NCBI RefSeq assembly: GCF_006345805.1
Contig: NW_021835925.1
Coordinates: 1 to 44,560, forward strand
Source: Octopus sinensis
Taxonomy: Eukaryota
Length of the DNA: 44,560 bases
Reading direction: 5' to 3'
Shown in pieces: positions 1 through 12,950 of this stretch. The notes under the pieces were generated by a model, which saw only the letters and a list, made by a program, of their open reading frames with translations, made no database searches and was not told the origin of the DNA. Position numbers and translations under genes: made by a program. Position 1 is the stretch's first letter; each line of letters begins with the position of its first letter.

Positions 1-40
1 CGAACTCCATTTCTCTCTCTGTGCACATACAAACATCATA

Positions 41-130
41 CTTACACACACACACACACACACACAACACATACACGCACACACACACACACACACACAC
101 AATATTATATATATATATATATATATATAT
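41..130. repeat. (CA)n / (TA)n microsatellite
   Basis: Direct dinucleotide runs. Confidence 0.95.
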
Positions 131-380
131 GCAAAATACATATACTCGTTGTATACAAATACGTATTGACCCATGGACGTATAAAATTACGTTTATATAA
201 CGAAATAAAGATAACGAACCATTCTTCATGATGAATATTACTAATAAAGAATTAAAGGAAATTATATGGAAATTTAATCCCAAAAGTCACATAACGATGT
301 ATTTAAAATATGTAATACTATATCATTAAGTGTTATTGAAGGAATGAAATCATACGATAATATATTTAAAAACAAGTAAC

Positions 381-383
<3 letters not shown>

Positions 384-441
<58 letters not shown>

Positions 442-453
442 ATATATATATAT
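384..453. repeat. (TA)n microsatellite
   Basis: Direct dinucleotide run. Confidence 0.95.
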
Positions 454-970
454 GTGTATGTGTGGGTATGCATATATTCATGTAAGTATATACGTATCTG
501 TGTGTGTATCTTATGATTGATAAATGAGAACTACACTTAGGACAACACTGTTGAATCCAGATATATATTGCTCTAAAATTCAAACTCATGGACGTACACA
601 CGCACAGTCATACAAACATATTATGCCCTTATATTCCTAACTTCCTGAATACAACTATTATGAATTGCTGTACGTCGTTGCAAATCATCCATTTTCTTTA
701 TCCAAAAATTCTAATTTGATAACGAAAGAAAAGACATCGATCGGCAAAATTAAATACTTTAAAGACGTGAATAAAAATTTGAATATTTCGTATTAAAAAC
801 ATTATTCTTTATATGTTGTATTTAGTTATTCAGCCTAGTAAATTCATTATATTCGTGAATATATTTGCCCTTGTCTTGGTAGAATATTTTGTTTGGTCTT
901 TTACAAAGAAACACACACACACATACGTATCTGTGTGTGTATGTGTTTGTGTGTGTGTATGAATCTTTTT

Positions 971-1195
971 CTTTTATATTTTGTTTCAATCATTTGACTG
1001 CGGCCATACTGGGGCGCAATCATGAAAAATTTTAGTTCAACGAATCGACCAAAACACTATATTTTGTAAAACCTCATACTTATTCTATCGCTCCCTTTTG
1101 CCGAACCGCTAATTTACCCGGTCGTAAACACATCAGCTTCTGTTGTCAAGCGACAGTGGGGGACAAGCACATACACAAAGGCACACACACAAACA
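971..1195 (-). mobile_element. tRNA-derived SINE family A, 3' half
   Basis: Matches in-window copies 21634-21830 and (reverse) 2050-2220: catttgactgcggccat...ttttgccgaaccgcta...ttgtcaagcga. Confidence 0.85.
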
Positions 1196-1399
1196 TACAT
1201 ACAAACATACGTACATATATTCATACATACATATATACATTCATACGTATATTTATACATAGAAACGTACATATATACATACATACAGACATACACACAT
1301 ACACAGAATTTGTCTGTGTTAACTATATACCAAACATGGAGCCTTGTATCTTTGTTGGAAACCGGCTCCCTCCTCAGTGGAAGATTTATAATAGAAACA

Positions 1400-1503
1400 G
1401 ACGAGACATACATACATACACACATACATATATATGTATATATATATATATACATATATATGTTTCTACATACATACATATACATATATACATACATACA
1501 TAC

Positions 1504-1540
<37 letters not shown>
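1400..1540. repeat. (CATA)/(TA)n compound microsatellite
   Basis: Direct. Confidence 0.9.
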
Positions 1541-1541
<1 letters not shown>

Positions 1542-1575
1542 GGAGGTTATTACGAGAGGTAATGATGTGAGTAAG

Positions 1576-1640
1576 ACGTTAATTTCACGAGTAGGCTCTT
1601 CCGTTGATCGGATGAACTGGAACCCACGTCGTCGTAACCG
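1576..1640 (+). mobile_element. SINE family B, 3' end fragment
   Basis: Reverse complement of 11245-11310 (ggttacgacgacg...gatcaacggaac...attaacgt). Confidence 0.8.
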
Positions 1641-1752
1641 TTTCAGGTTCAGTCCCACTGCGTGGCACCTTGTACAATTGTCTTCTTGTTTATCCCGACC
1701 AAGCCTTGTGAGTAGATTTAGTAGACGGAAACTGAAAGAAACCCGTCGTGTA
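1641..1752 (+). mobile_element. SINE family A, headless fragment (B box and CORE-like body)
   Basis: ggttcagtccc B box then gtagacggaaactgaaagaa.cccgtcg; homologous to 1766-1930. Confidence 0.85.
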
Positions 1753-1765
1753 TATATATATTATA

Positions 1766-2220
1766 GGCGTTGCTGTGTGGTAAGGAGCTTGCTTTCCCAC
1801 CACATGGTTCCAGGTTCAGTTGCCACTGTGTGGGCATCTTGGGCAATTGACTTTTATACTATTGCAATCGGGTCGACCAAGAACTTATGAGTGGATTTGG
1901 TAGACGAAACTAAACGAAGCCCGTCGTGTATATATGTATATTTATAATATATATATATATCTATATATATATATGTGTGTGTGGTGTGTGTTGTGTGTGT
2001 GTGTGTGGTGTGTGTGTGTGTGTGGTGTGCCGTATTTGATTTGTGTGCGTCTGTTTGTCACCGATCCATCGGTTAACAACCGATGTTGGTGCGTTTACAT
2101 CCCCGTACACAAGCGGTTCGGCAAAAGAGATGGACAGAACAAGGTATGGGGTCGATCTGTTCGACTAAAGGCGGTGCTCGAGCATGGCTGCAGTCAAATG
2201 ACTGAAACAGTTAAAAGAAA
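1766..2220 (+). mobile_element. tRNA-derived SINE family A, near full length, with internal (TA)/(TG) microsatellite
   Basis: A-box-like tgctgtgtgg, B-box-like ggttcagttgcc, CORE-like cttgggcaa segment, 3' part ending gcagtcaaatgactgaaacagttaaaaga; several copies in window. Confidence 0.9.
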
Positions 2221-2249
2221 GAAAAGGAAAAAGCACACACAAACATTTA

Positions 2250-2250
<1 letters not shown>

Positions 2251-2334
<84 letters not shown>

Positions 2335-2388
2335 CTCTCTCTATATATATATCTATCTATCTATCTATCTATCTACCTATCTACATCC

Positions 2389-2443
<55 letters not shown>

Positions 2444-2655
2444 GATCTATCTATCTATCTATCTATCTATCTACCTATCTACATCTATCTATCTATCTAT
2501 CTATCTATCTACCTATCTACATCTATCTATCTATCTATCTATCTATCTACCTATCTACATCTATCTATCTATCTATCTCCTATCTATCTATCTATCTCTC
2601 TCTCTTTATATATATATATCTATCTATCTATCTATCTATCTATCTACCTATCTAC

Positions 2656-2734
<79 letters not shown>

Positions 2735-2875
2735 GATCTGTCAGTCTCGGTTTATGTATGTATGTATGTATGTATCTATCTCCCTGTCTATCTGTCTGTC
2801 TGTGAGTCTCTGTCTATGTATGTGTCTGTCTGTATGTATGTATCTATCTGTCTGTCTGTCTGTCTGTCTGTCTAA
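2251..2875. repeat. (TATC)n array grading into (TATG)/(TGTC)n
   Basis: Direct tetranucleotide array with recurring ctacctatctacat variants. Confidence 0.95.
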
Positions 2876-3204
2876 CTATTACTATATTAGGCTTTCTTAG
2901 TGTTTCTTCCTCCTCTGCTTCTACGTTTCCTTTCAGTGTGAATTTGTTAAACGTTTCATTCATACAATTACGATTTGTTCGTTTATTAATTTAAATATTT
3001 ATTTTGTTTAAAAATCTAATTAACTAAAGAAAAAAACAACCATTCATTGAAAATAAGAAACTAAACCAAAAAACTAATTTATGCAAAAAATATTTCTTTT
3101 GTGCAGACAATAAATATAGCAAACGCTTTTTAAAACAATGAACAATCACTTGTTATTTAAGCATTGCGTTAATTAAGAAAATTTCTGTGGAAAATTCTAT
3201 TATT

Positions 3205-3515
3205 GGCGAAAGCATGGTTGTTTGTTTACGGAGGTCGTATTCGGACAACGAGGTTTTGAGTTCAGTCTCTACTGCACACCACCCTGTGTATCTTTTACTA
3301 TAACCCTGGGCCGCCCAATGTTTTGTGAAAGAATTCGGTAGACGGAAAGAGTGAGGATGCACGTTGTATAAAGGTAGGTGTGTGTGTGTATTTCCCTGTA
3401 TGTGTGGTGTGTGTGTGTGTGTGTGCATGCGTCTTTACGTTTGCATTTGTGCCCCCACCACCGTTTGGCAACAGCTGTTGGTTTGTTTACGTCTCCTAAA
3501 ACCACGGGATTTCAA
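3205..3515 (+). mobile_element. Degraded SINE family A copy
   Basis: gagttcagtc B box, ggtagacggaaa, tttgtgcccccacca...gtttacgtc; colinear with 1766-2220. Confidence 0.7.
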
Positions 3516-3689
3516 AGCAAGCTTCTTAACCACACACCTACGTTGCGCCTACTTTGATTTTGGAAACCATCCCTCTCTATCTCTCGCTGGTGCTGTTGTT
3601 TAGCTGTTCAGCTCTTGCTGTTGTTTAGCTCTTGGCCAGCTCTAATCGGTCAGGAATATAAGGAAAGGCACTCCAACCATAAGTATTCC

Positions 3690-3850
3690 GTTTGGCGTTA
3701 GTAAGGGCATCCAGCTGTAGAAACTCTACCAGATCAAGATTGGAGCCTGGTGCAGCCATCTGGTCCGCCAGACCTCAGTCAACTCGTCCAGCCCATGCCA
3801 GCATGGAAAACGGACGTTAAACGATGATGATGATGATGATGATGATGATA
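3690..3850 (+). mobile_element. SINE 3' fragment with (GAT)n tail
   Basis: ggcgttagtaagggcatccagctgtagaaac...ggacgttaaacg followed by (ATG)n tail; recalled as a common octopus repeat, family not verified. Confidence 0.65.
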
Positions 3851-5012
3851 ATGTGTATGTCTACATGATTCAATGTTGTCCTACCTGTCACAAAGGATTT
3901 GACTCTGATTTACAGATTTACTTACTACGTTCTGGCAGGGTTAGCGGCCTTGTCGAGATGGTTTCATTGACACTTGTATTGGCATCATGGGATACTATTG
4001 GTGTGCGTTGTTTTTGCTTGTTTAACCCCAAATGGTGTGTGTTCGAGAAGACCAACCATCAACAGATTCTTATTTTTGTCAATATCCTCGTTTATACATA
4101 TAATGTAACGCTAGGAATACCAACAAACAGTCATTTGCACATGTCAAACCTCAGATCAAAGCAGCGTATAATCGAAGGCGTTCCAGTCTGTCTTTTTGTT
4201 CTCGGACATCTAAGATAACATATCTGTTTGCATTTCAAAAAGTGTACAAAGGGTACATAGATGTTGCTGTTTTTTTCCAGCAGATGAAGTGACCATACAG
4301 GATTCTTTTGCCAAGGTTTCAAGTGTATGTATCTTGTTATTTAGCGCAAATAGCAAAAAAAAAAAAATCCTATACTGGAAATTACGATTCCTTTCTTTCT
4401 CAGATATAATGTAAGTCGGGAAATTAATTATCCATTATCATTATACTTTAACCTTGACGAATGTAAGACCTGAAGGAGATTTAACTACTATTCCTAGCTT
4501 GTTTGAACGACTACTTAGAGGTCTTCTCTCATTTAGTGTCAGGGTGAGATGAAATGATAATTTTCTCTGTCCAAAAAAAAAAAAACAACAAAAAAACAAT
4601 AAACAAAAAACCCACAGAAATGTCTGACCCCGTTTCACACGCAATTTTCGTAGGTCAAAACGCAACAGAAACCACAGCAACGAAAAATTCAAAAAGCAAA
4701 ACAGAGCAAAAGAACAAAAAATAAAAATAAAACAAACAAAAAACATAGGCAACAACACACACACATACAACCATAGACACACTTGCACATACATATACAT
4801 ACATACATATATGCATGCATACAAATATATATTAAAACAATATGGAAAATATTAAAGGTAAATCTTCGTTCGTTCAGATATCGACTAATGTTGAAAACAC
4901 GGAAAACCAATAGTAGCCATCTTGTTTACAATTTTTCGCTATTTATTTCTTCAGTAGGAATTATAATACACATCTGTTTCGCTTTAATATTAATAATAAA
5001 TACACAATAATA

Positions 5013-5044
<32 letters not shown>

Positions 5045-5175
5045 TATTAATATTTCATGTGATTGTATTTTATTAAATGTTTTTGTCATTTTTGGTTTGT
5101 TTTGTTTTTTATTTTAATTTTCTCCTTAAAGGAAGTAGGCGACTTGCTAAGTGACTTTTTAGGTAATATACGGAT

Positions 5176-5560
5176 TTATACAAAGTCAGACGGAGGATAA
5201 CACACACACACACGCAAACACACACACACACAGGCATACACACACAGGCATAAACACACATTTTCTGACACACGAAGACAGAAGCTCACGCAGACACAGA
5301 GACATACACACGAACACATATTTTCAGACACACAAAAACAGAAGCACACACATACACACATACACACAACACACGTACACACACACACACACACACACAC
5401 ACAAGTACACACATATTTTCAGACACACAACTACAAAAGGACACACACACACACACCTTCAAACACACGCGCTCACACATTTTCAGACACACAAACACAT
5501 ACACGCAGACACACACACGCAGACACACACACACAGATTGTCACACAGACATCACCCCCA
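5176..5560. repeat. CA-rich minisatellite, four units anchored on acacat(a)ttttc(a/t)gacacac
   Basis: Anchor motif recurs near 5255, 5315, 5410 and 5475. Confidence 0.8.
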
Positions 5561-5819
5561 CACAAACACCCCCTCACACACATAAACAACTCCGTATCGG
5601 ACACACGCAGATCCATGTTGAGCAAAAAAAGAAGTAAAGACCAAAAAAAAAAAAAAAGGAGTAAAATTCCACAGTAAAGCGAACCCAGCGGTGAATTTCG
5701 AAGGAATTTTATAACATTTTCAATAAAACAAAACTCCACAACAAATTTATTGATTTCAGTTTTTGTTGTCGGGGGAACTTCTGAAACTAAGAAACCGGTT
5801 TGGTCGGTTTAGTATGTGT

Positions 5820-6448
5820 GGTCGGCGTCGTCGACGTTGTCATCATCACGGTAAAACATCCTCCTACTCTTCATCCGCTTCCTCCTCCTCATGTTCCTTC
5901 TCCTTCCAGCGTTGGTCTTCCATGTCGTCGTCGTCATCACCTTCCTCCTCATCCTCGGCCTCCTCATCCGCGTGGCCTTCCTCATCCACTTCGTCCTCCT
6001 CCCCGTCTTCTTCCCTTTCCTGCTCTTCGTCCCCGTTCTCCTCCTCCTCCTCCTCCTCCTCTTCTTCTCTTCTTCTTCTTCCTCCTCCTAGTCTTCCTTC
6101 TCCTCCTAGTGTTCTTTCTCCACGTCGTCTTCGTCGTCGTCGTCGTCATGTAACTCCTCACCTTCGTCCTCCTCCCGTCCTCTTCCCTTTTCTGGTCTTT
6201 GTTCCCGTTCTCCTCCCCCTCCCCCCTCCTCCTCCATATTTTCGTTTCTGTCTTCATCGTGCCCCTCCTCCTCCTCGCATTTCATCCATTTTTCATCCTC
6301 ATCATCTAGCAAAGAGAAGATGAAGTGATGATGACCATAACGGTGGTGGTCGTAGTGTTAATGGTGGTAATGAGGATGGTGATGTTGATGATGATGATGG
6401 TGATGATGGTGGTGGTGGTAGTAGTGGTGATGATGTTGATGATGATAT

Positions 6449-6480
<32 letters not shown>

Positions 6481-6840
6481 GTGAATGAACATGCTACTGC
6501 TGCTGCTGCTGCTGTTGATAGTGGTGGTGGTGGTGGTGGTGACGACGACGACTACAATCTTGAAGTTGATGAAGGTGATGACTATAATGACATTGACGAC
6601 GACGAGGACGACGATGGTGATAATGATGACGAAGATGATGATGATTATGATGATGATGATGATGGCGATCATGATGACGATGATGATGATGATGGTGATC
6701 ATGATGACGATGATGACAATAATGATAATGTCGGCAACGATGACGATGGCGAAGACAACGATGATGAGGTATCAACATCTTCCTCCACATCCTCATCCTC
6801 ATCGTCCTCCTCATCATCATCTTCATCACGCCTACCATGA
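5820..6840. repeat. Cryptic trinucleotide block (TCC/TCG/TTC, then GAT/GGT/GAC)
   Basis: Direct; produces overlapping homopolymeric ORFs on both strands. Confidence 0.9.
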
Positions 6841-7039
6841 CCTCCAACCCCATACTAATGCTCCACAAATGGGTGAAATCAGAAACGGATGTCTGATGCT
6901 CATCCATGAATGGGGGGTCAATATTATACAATATATATATCTAACTGATCACTGATTTAACTTAGATCGATAAAAGGTAACACGTGAGGTAAACATTTAG
7001 TGAAATACTAGAAGTCTAACGATTATATAATGACTGTGT

Positions 7040-7122
7040 CGTTGTTGTTGTTGTTGTTGTTATAATTAATGTTGGTATTACTGTTGACGCCATTATTATT
7101 TTATTATTATTATTATTATTAT

Positions 7123-7176
<54 letters not shown>

Positions 7177-7180
7177 TAAT
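7040..7180. repeat. (GTT)n, then (ATT)n directly followed by (AAT)n
   Basis: Direct; the ATT-to-AAT polarity switch is self-complementary. Confidence 0.9.
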
Positions 7181-7349
7181 TGTTGTAATTTTCCTTCTCG
7201 TTGTTGCTGTTATTTTTTCTTTTATTGTTTTAATAATATACTTTTGTAGTTGTTCGTTATGTTGATCGTTTTGTTGATGTAGCAGTAATTAGCGAGGCCG
7301 TTGCTGTTGTTGCTGATGATATTGTTGTTTTCTGTCCATAAACGCACAA

Positions 7350-7418
<69 letters not shown>

Positions 7419-7423
7419 GTCAT

Positions 7424-7458
<35 letters not shown>

Positions 7459-7737
7459 GCCTGCCTGTCTGTCTGTCTGTCTGTCTGACTAGCAAGCTAG
7501 CTATATGTCTGTCTGTCTATCTATCTCTCTGTCTCTTTGTCCGTCTGTCTATCTACCTACCTACCTACCTACCTACCTACCTATCTATCTATCTATCTAT
7601 ATATCTATCTATCTATCTATCTATCTATGCCTGTCATCTATTTATCTACCTTTTTGTCCGTCTATATTTCTGTCTGTCTGTGTGTGTATCTCTCTCGCTC
7701 TCACACACGCACAGAGTCTGCCTGTCATTCTTTACAT

Positions 7738-7772
<35 letters not shown>

Positions 7773-7820
7773 TACATACAAACATACATACACACATACA
7801 TACATACATACATACACGTA
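7350..7820. repeat. (TATC)/(TGTC)/(TACC)/(TACA) compound microsatellite
   Basis: Direct. Confidence 0.9.
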
Positions 7821-8249
7821 GTCCAAGAAGCACAATATGATGTTTCACAAACAACAAAAAGACATACAAATATAAAAAAAAACTTAATGATTACAATTTC
7901 ATTAATCACAGCTCATATTTCTGATCGATTACATCCGACATGGGATGCGAAACAGCAATCACAGCTACAACAACACCACTAAGCAGATTCCTGTCCAACG
8001 AAATGTCTTGATAGATTCATGCGCAAAGTTCTAAAATAAACTATTTGTACGTGAATCATGTTTGACTGGACGTTTTAATTCCTGTGGAAATTTAGTGAAT
8101 TTACATCGACAAGTTGCGAATGAAGTTAGAATGTTATCGCCTCCATTTTGACAACAGACAAATCGCGTCTATTTTAGATAGCTGTCGATAGATATGGACG
8201 TTAGAACACGCGTGTATGCGTGTGTGCGTGTGCATGTATGCCTGCATCA

Positions 8250-8252
8250 GTG

Positions 8253-8322
<70 letters not shown>

Positions 8323-8342
8323 GCTAACTATCTGTATGTCTG

Positions 8343-8434
<92 letters not shown>

Positions 8435-8470
8435 TCTATCTATATATATATATATATATATATGTATATG
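8250..8470. repeat. (TATC)/(TGTC)/(TA) compound microsatellite
   Basis: Direct. Confidence 0.9.
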
Positions 8471-8949
8471 TATGTATATCCACAAGCACACACTAACACC
8501 CAGACACACACATATCGGTCTGTCTATCTATCAGTGTAATTATACACACACACACACACACACATGCATATACACACACATGCACACACATACACATACA
8601 CACACAATCTATATATGTAACAGTTTATCTGGCTATTTCTATTGTTAAATGCTGGTGGCTCATTTTTTTGTATATACATATATACATACATGCATACATA
8701 CATATGCATATAATATATGTTTAAAATTCTTTTATTTCGATTTATCTTTGCCAATGGGGATAACTTGAATATGCACACACATTACATGCTTACATATATA
8801 CATACTTAAATACATACATGCATACATACACACATACATAGTTAATTCAAAAAACGGAGAAAGTAAAGACAACGTGAGGATGTAGCGTACATACATTCAT
8901 ACAAACATACATTTATAAATATATACATACATACATACATATATACATT

Positions 8950-8982
8950 CATACATATTTATACATATTTATATATTCGTAC

Positions 8983-9019
<37 letters not shown>

Positions 9020-9270
9020 GGGTGTGTGTGTGTGTATGTGTATGTATGTATACTTATATATATATTATCTATATACGTATCTATGTATCTATCATATATA
9101 TATATATATATAATATATATATTATATATATATATATATAATATATATATACATACATATATATATATATACATATATATATGTATAATGTATATATCTA
9201 TATAAATACTCTCTCTTTATATACATATATATATAGATTATATATAATATATATATATACACATATACAC
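8950..9270. repeat. (TA)/(TG) microsatellite block
   Basis: Direct. Confidence 0.9.
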
Positions 9271-9371
9271 ATACACTCAGATGTGCACAGACATAAGAGA
9301 CTTGTTCAGTGATTCATGATTATGTAAATTTTATTCTATATCAAAATATCACTTTCTCTCTAGCACCGCCA

Positions 9372-9374
<3 letters not shown>

Positions 9375-9425
<51 letters not shown>

Positions 9426-9431
9426 TATTAT

Positions 9432-9464
<33 letters not shown>

Positions 9465-10340
9465 CAGCAGCGGTGTTAGCTGTGGCGAGCTGTCGATGTT
9501 AAAAGTGAAAATTATTTGAAATTAAAATGAAGCGGGCGCCAAGAATCTGTTTGAATTCCTTTTGAACGCCTCTTTGCATCCCTGCTGCTGCTGCTGCCGC
9601 TGCTGCAGGCTGCTGGTAGTGTTGCAGCTGTTGGAAATACAAGTTGTAACTGTCGTTGTTGTTGTAGTTGGTGGTGGTGTTGGTGCAGGTGATGCAATGG
9701 GAGTGGTGGTGTTGATTTTTAACGGCGATGATATTGATGATGATGATGATGATGACGATGACGACGACGACGGCCATGACGACGATGACGGTGCTGCTGC
9801 TGCTGATAATGATGATGATTATGTTGTTGATGTGATGATGATTTTGATGACAATGATGATGATGATGAAGATGATGATGATGATGATGATGACAACTATT
9901 ACGACGAAGACGATGACGACGACGACGATGATGATGATGATGATGATAATGATGACAATGGTGGTCTTGATAGCGTTGATGTCGATGAATCCGATAATAG
10001 CAAAAATATAAGACAACGACGTCTACGACGACGACGACGATGACGAAGAAGTAGAAGAAGAGGAGGGGAGAGGAGGAAGGAAGGAAGGAAAAGAAGTAAA
10101 GAAGAAATTGATGATGATGGTGATGATGATGATGATGATAATAATGAAGCAGAAGAAAAAGGACAAAAGAAAGAAGAAGAAGAAGAAAAAGAAGAAGAAA
10201 TTGATGATGATGATGATGATGATGAAGAAGAAGAAGAGGAAGAAGAAGAAGTAAAAGAAGAAATTGATGATGATGATGCTGATGATGAAGAAGAAGAAGA
10301 AGAAGAAGAAGAAGAAGAAGAAGAAGAAGAAGAAGAAGAA
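9375..10340. repeat. Trinucleotide block (ATT, AGT, GCT, GAT/GAC, GAA) with a short unique core
   Basis: Direct; aagaagaaattgatgatg recurs three times at 10090-10270. Confidence 0.9.
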
Positions 10341-10671
10341 GATCTTCGTCAGTTTGTGTAAAATAACAGGAATGTAGCATTAGTTCTGGTTCACCACTAA
10401 AACACCGGCTTCAACTGCAACTGAAAGATATAGTGTCGAGACTGCCAACCAGAGGCGGCTAGAAGTGGCTTATCATTGAGCGGATAGATAGACATCAAAA
10501 CAGATAATGTACATGCAAAGGATTTCGCATCATTTTAGAACATTTAATCTATCAGACCAATTATAATAGATACTTGTAACTAATCTGCATTGTGTCTATA
10601 TGATTAATATTCTAGAATGATGCCGAATGCTTTGCCTGTTCAATTTCTCTTTTAATGTATGCGTACGTTAA

Positions 10672-10818
10672 GACGGCGAGGTGGTAGGATCATCAGCACG
10701 TCAGACAAGGTACTTAGCAGGCATTTGGCTGTCTTTACGTTCTTAGTTCAAATCCTTCCGAGGTCTACTTTACCTTCTATTCTTTCTGGGTCGATAATAT
10801 AAGCATCAGCTGAACATT
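10672..10818 (+). mobile_element. Degraded SINE family C copy
   Basis: ggcgaggtggtaggatc...ttacgttcttagttcaaatcc...gggtcgataa; colinear with 37707-37860. Confidence 0.75.
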
Positions 10819-10839
10819 GCCAATATTTGAAATCAATAT

Positions 10840-10853
10840 ATATGTACGTATGC

Positions 10854-10886
<33 letters not shown>

Positions 10887-11170
10887 CGTGTGTATGTATG
10901 TATGTATGTATGTATGTATGTATGTATGCATGCATGTATGTATGTATGTATGTATGTATGTATATATGTATGTATGTGTGTGTGTGTATGTATGTATGTA
11001 TGTATGTGTGTGTGTATGTATGTATGTATGTATGTATGTATGTATGTATGTACGTATGTATGTATGTATGTATATATGTATGTATGTATGTACGTATGTA
11101 TGTACGTATGTATCTATGTACGTATGTATATATGTATGTATGTATGTACTATGTGTGTGTGTGTGTATGT
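10840..11170. repeat. (TATG)n array
   Basis: Direct. Confidence 0.95.
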
Positions 11171-11233
11171 ATTCATATATATAACCGGGAATTCCTTTGA
11201 CCAGCCGTTTTTGGCAATTTCCATATATATCGT

Positions 11234-11462
11234 GGCACTCTGTAGGTTACGACGACGAGGGTTCAAGTTGATCCGATCAACGGAACGACCTGCTCGCGAT
11301 ATTAACGTGCAAGTGGCTGAGCACTCCACGGACGCGTGTACCTTTAAAGTAGTTCTCGGATGATTCAGCATGACACAGAGTGTGACAAGGCTGTCCCCTT
11401 TGAAATATAGGTACAATAGAAACAGGAAGAAAGAGTAAGAGGAAGTTGTGGTGAAAGAGTAC
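11234..11462 (-). mobile_element. SINE family B, 3' part
   Basis: gtggtgaaagagtac overlaps the reverse of ctgtactctttcaccac in the head at 34675-34833; other end matches 1576-1640. Confidence 0.85.
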
Positions 11463-11473
11463 ATATATACATT

Positions 11474-11642
11474 CGACGGGCTTCCATCTAACAAATCAAC
11501 TCATGAGTCTTTGTTCGTTCGGCCCGAGGCTATAATAGAAGTCATTTGCCCAAGGTGCCACGCAGTGGGACTGAACCCGAAACCACATGGTTAGGAAGCA
11601 AGCTTCTTGCTTCTTACCACCCTTGCACCTAACAGCCATGCC
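11474..11642 (-). mobile_element. SINE family A, 5' half
   Basis: Reverse of head and CORE-like body: ttgcccaaggtgccacgcagtgggactgaaccc. Confidence 0.85.
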
Positions 11643-12034
11643 TTCGTCTGTAGAAGTAAACTAACTTCATGGAATGTTCTGGGTGCTAAGTAGAAATATG
11701 CGAAGGTTTCCCTTATTTTTAATATAATGAGAAGAAAAGGCTTCAATTTTTTTCTGACATTATCCATGTAATTTCTAGACAGAACTCCCTCAAAGATTGC
11801 CCAAATTATAAATAAAAGATAACAGGAATTGTATAGAGCTCAAGTGAGATGAATTGATTTATATTTTGCAAAAAAAAAAAAAAAATAGAACACTCAATAC
11901 CTTTGAACCAGGAATATAAATTACTCCGATTTACTCATTTGAAAATGAGCAGCATGCAAATTAATGATAACAATGGACGAATTTCGGCTGTTCTCGTACC
12001 TCTTTATAGTCTTCTCAGTTGATAACTCCAAGAT

Positions 12035-12036
12035 TG

Positions 12037-12124
<88 letters not shown>

Positions 12125-12225
12125 GCCTATTTATCTACCTGTCTGTCTGTCTATCTTTCTCTTTGTCTTTCTCTCTTTCCCTCCTTATATATATGTTTGT
12201 GTGTTGGTATATATATATGTATATA

Positions 12226-12268
<43 letters not shown>

Positions 12269-12289
12269 TATATGTATTATATATGTATA

Positions 12290-12352
<63 letters not shown>

Positions 12353-12358
12353 AGATAC

Positions 12359-12389
<31 letters not shown>

Positions 12390-12390
12390 A
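12035..12390. repeat. (TATC)/(TA)/(GA) compound microsatellite
   Basis: Direct. Confidence 0.9.
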
Positions 12391-12906
12391 GAAAGAATGA
12401 AAGAAGAAGATAGGTGGATGGGGTTGCGGAATAGTATGCAAGCGAATGTGACCTTGCAAGCATGTACATGAGTTCACTAATTCTTTTAGCTGCATATGTA
12501 ATCGAGAGCAGGCGTAAGCATACTCTCTTTACCTAGCAGGACATCTAAGACTTGACAACTGGTGGGGGGGGGGCGAGACAGAGAAGGAGTCAGTGTGAAT
12601 GAAAGGAGAGAGAGAGAGAGAGAGTATATAGATTAATAAAATTAGCAAAAACGTGTTAAAAGCTTCCGGGTTATATTCGCTCGCAAGCAACAGTAAACAT
12701 CAAACACCCGACATTGTTCGTTTCAGATTTCGAAAATCTCTAGAGGGAGCATTTCTCAACACATGAGAAGGATAATCTCAAGCGTGCGAACCGAACCGAC
12801 GCTGTGTATATTTAGCATGCAGAACACTCCGCAGTGACATTTCCCTGTCTACGCTCCACACACCTTTAACGATATAAAAATATTCAATTAGCATTCTATT
12901 TTCCAG

Positions 12907-12950
12907 ATACAATGCCTGGATTGACACCAATACTGATTTCCGAAGCTAAA
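12907..12950 (+). CDS. Candidate 44 nt exon; its only stop-free frame reads (x)TMPGLTPILISEAK
   Basis: Acceptor attctattttccag, donor AAA/gtaaga, in non-repetitive sequence; no homology recognised. Confidence 0.3.

Noticed and set aside
7921-7953. Hammerhead-like CTGATCGA...CATCC/GGATG C GAAAC
   Set aside because: Core has extra bases and neither stem I nor stem III can form
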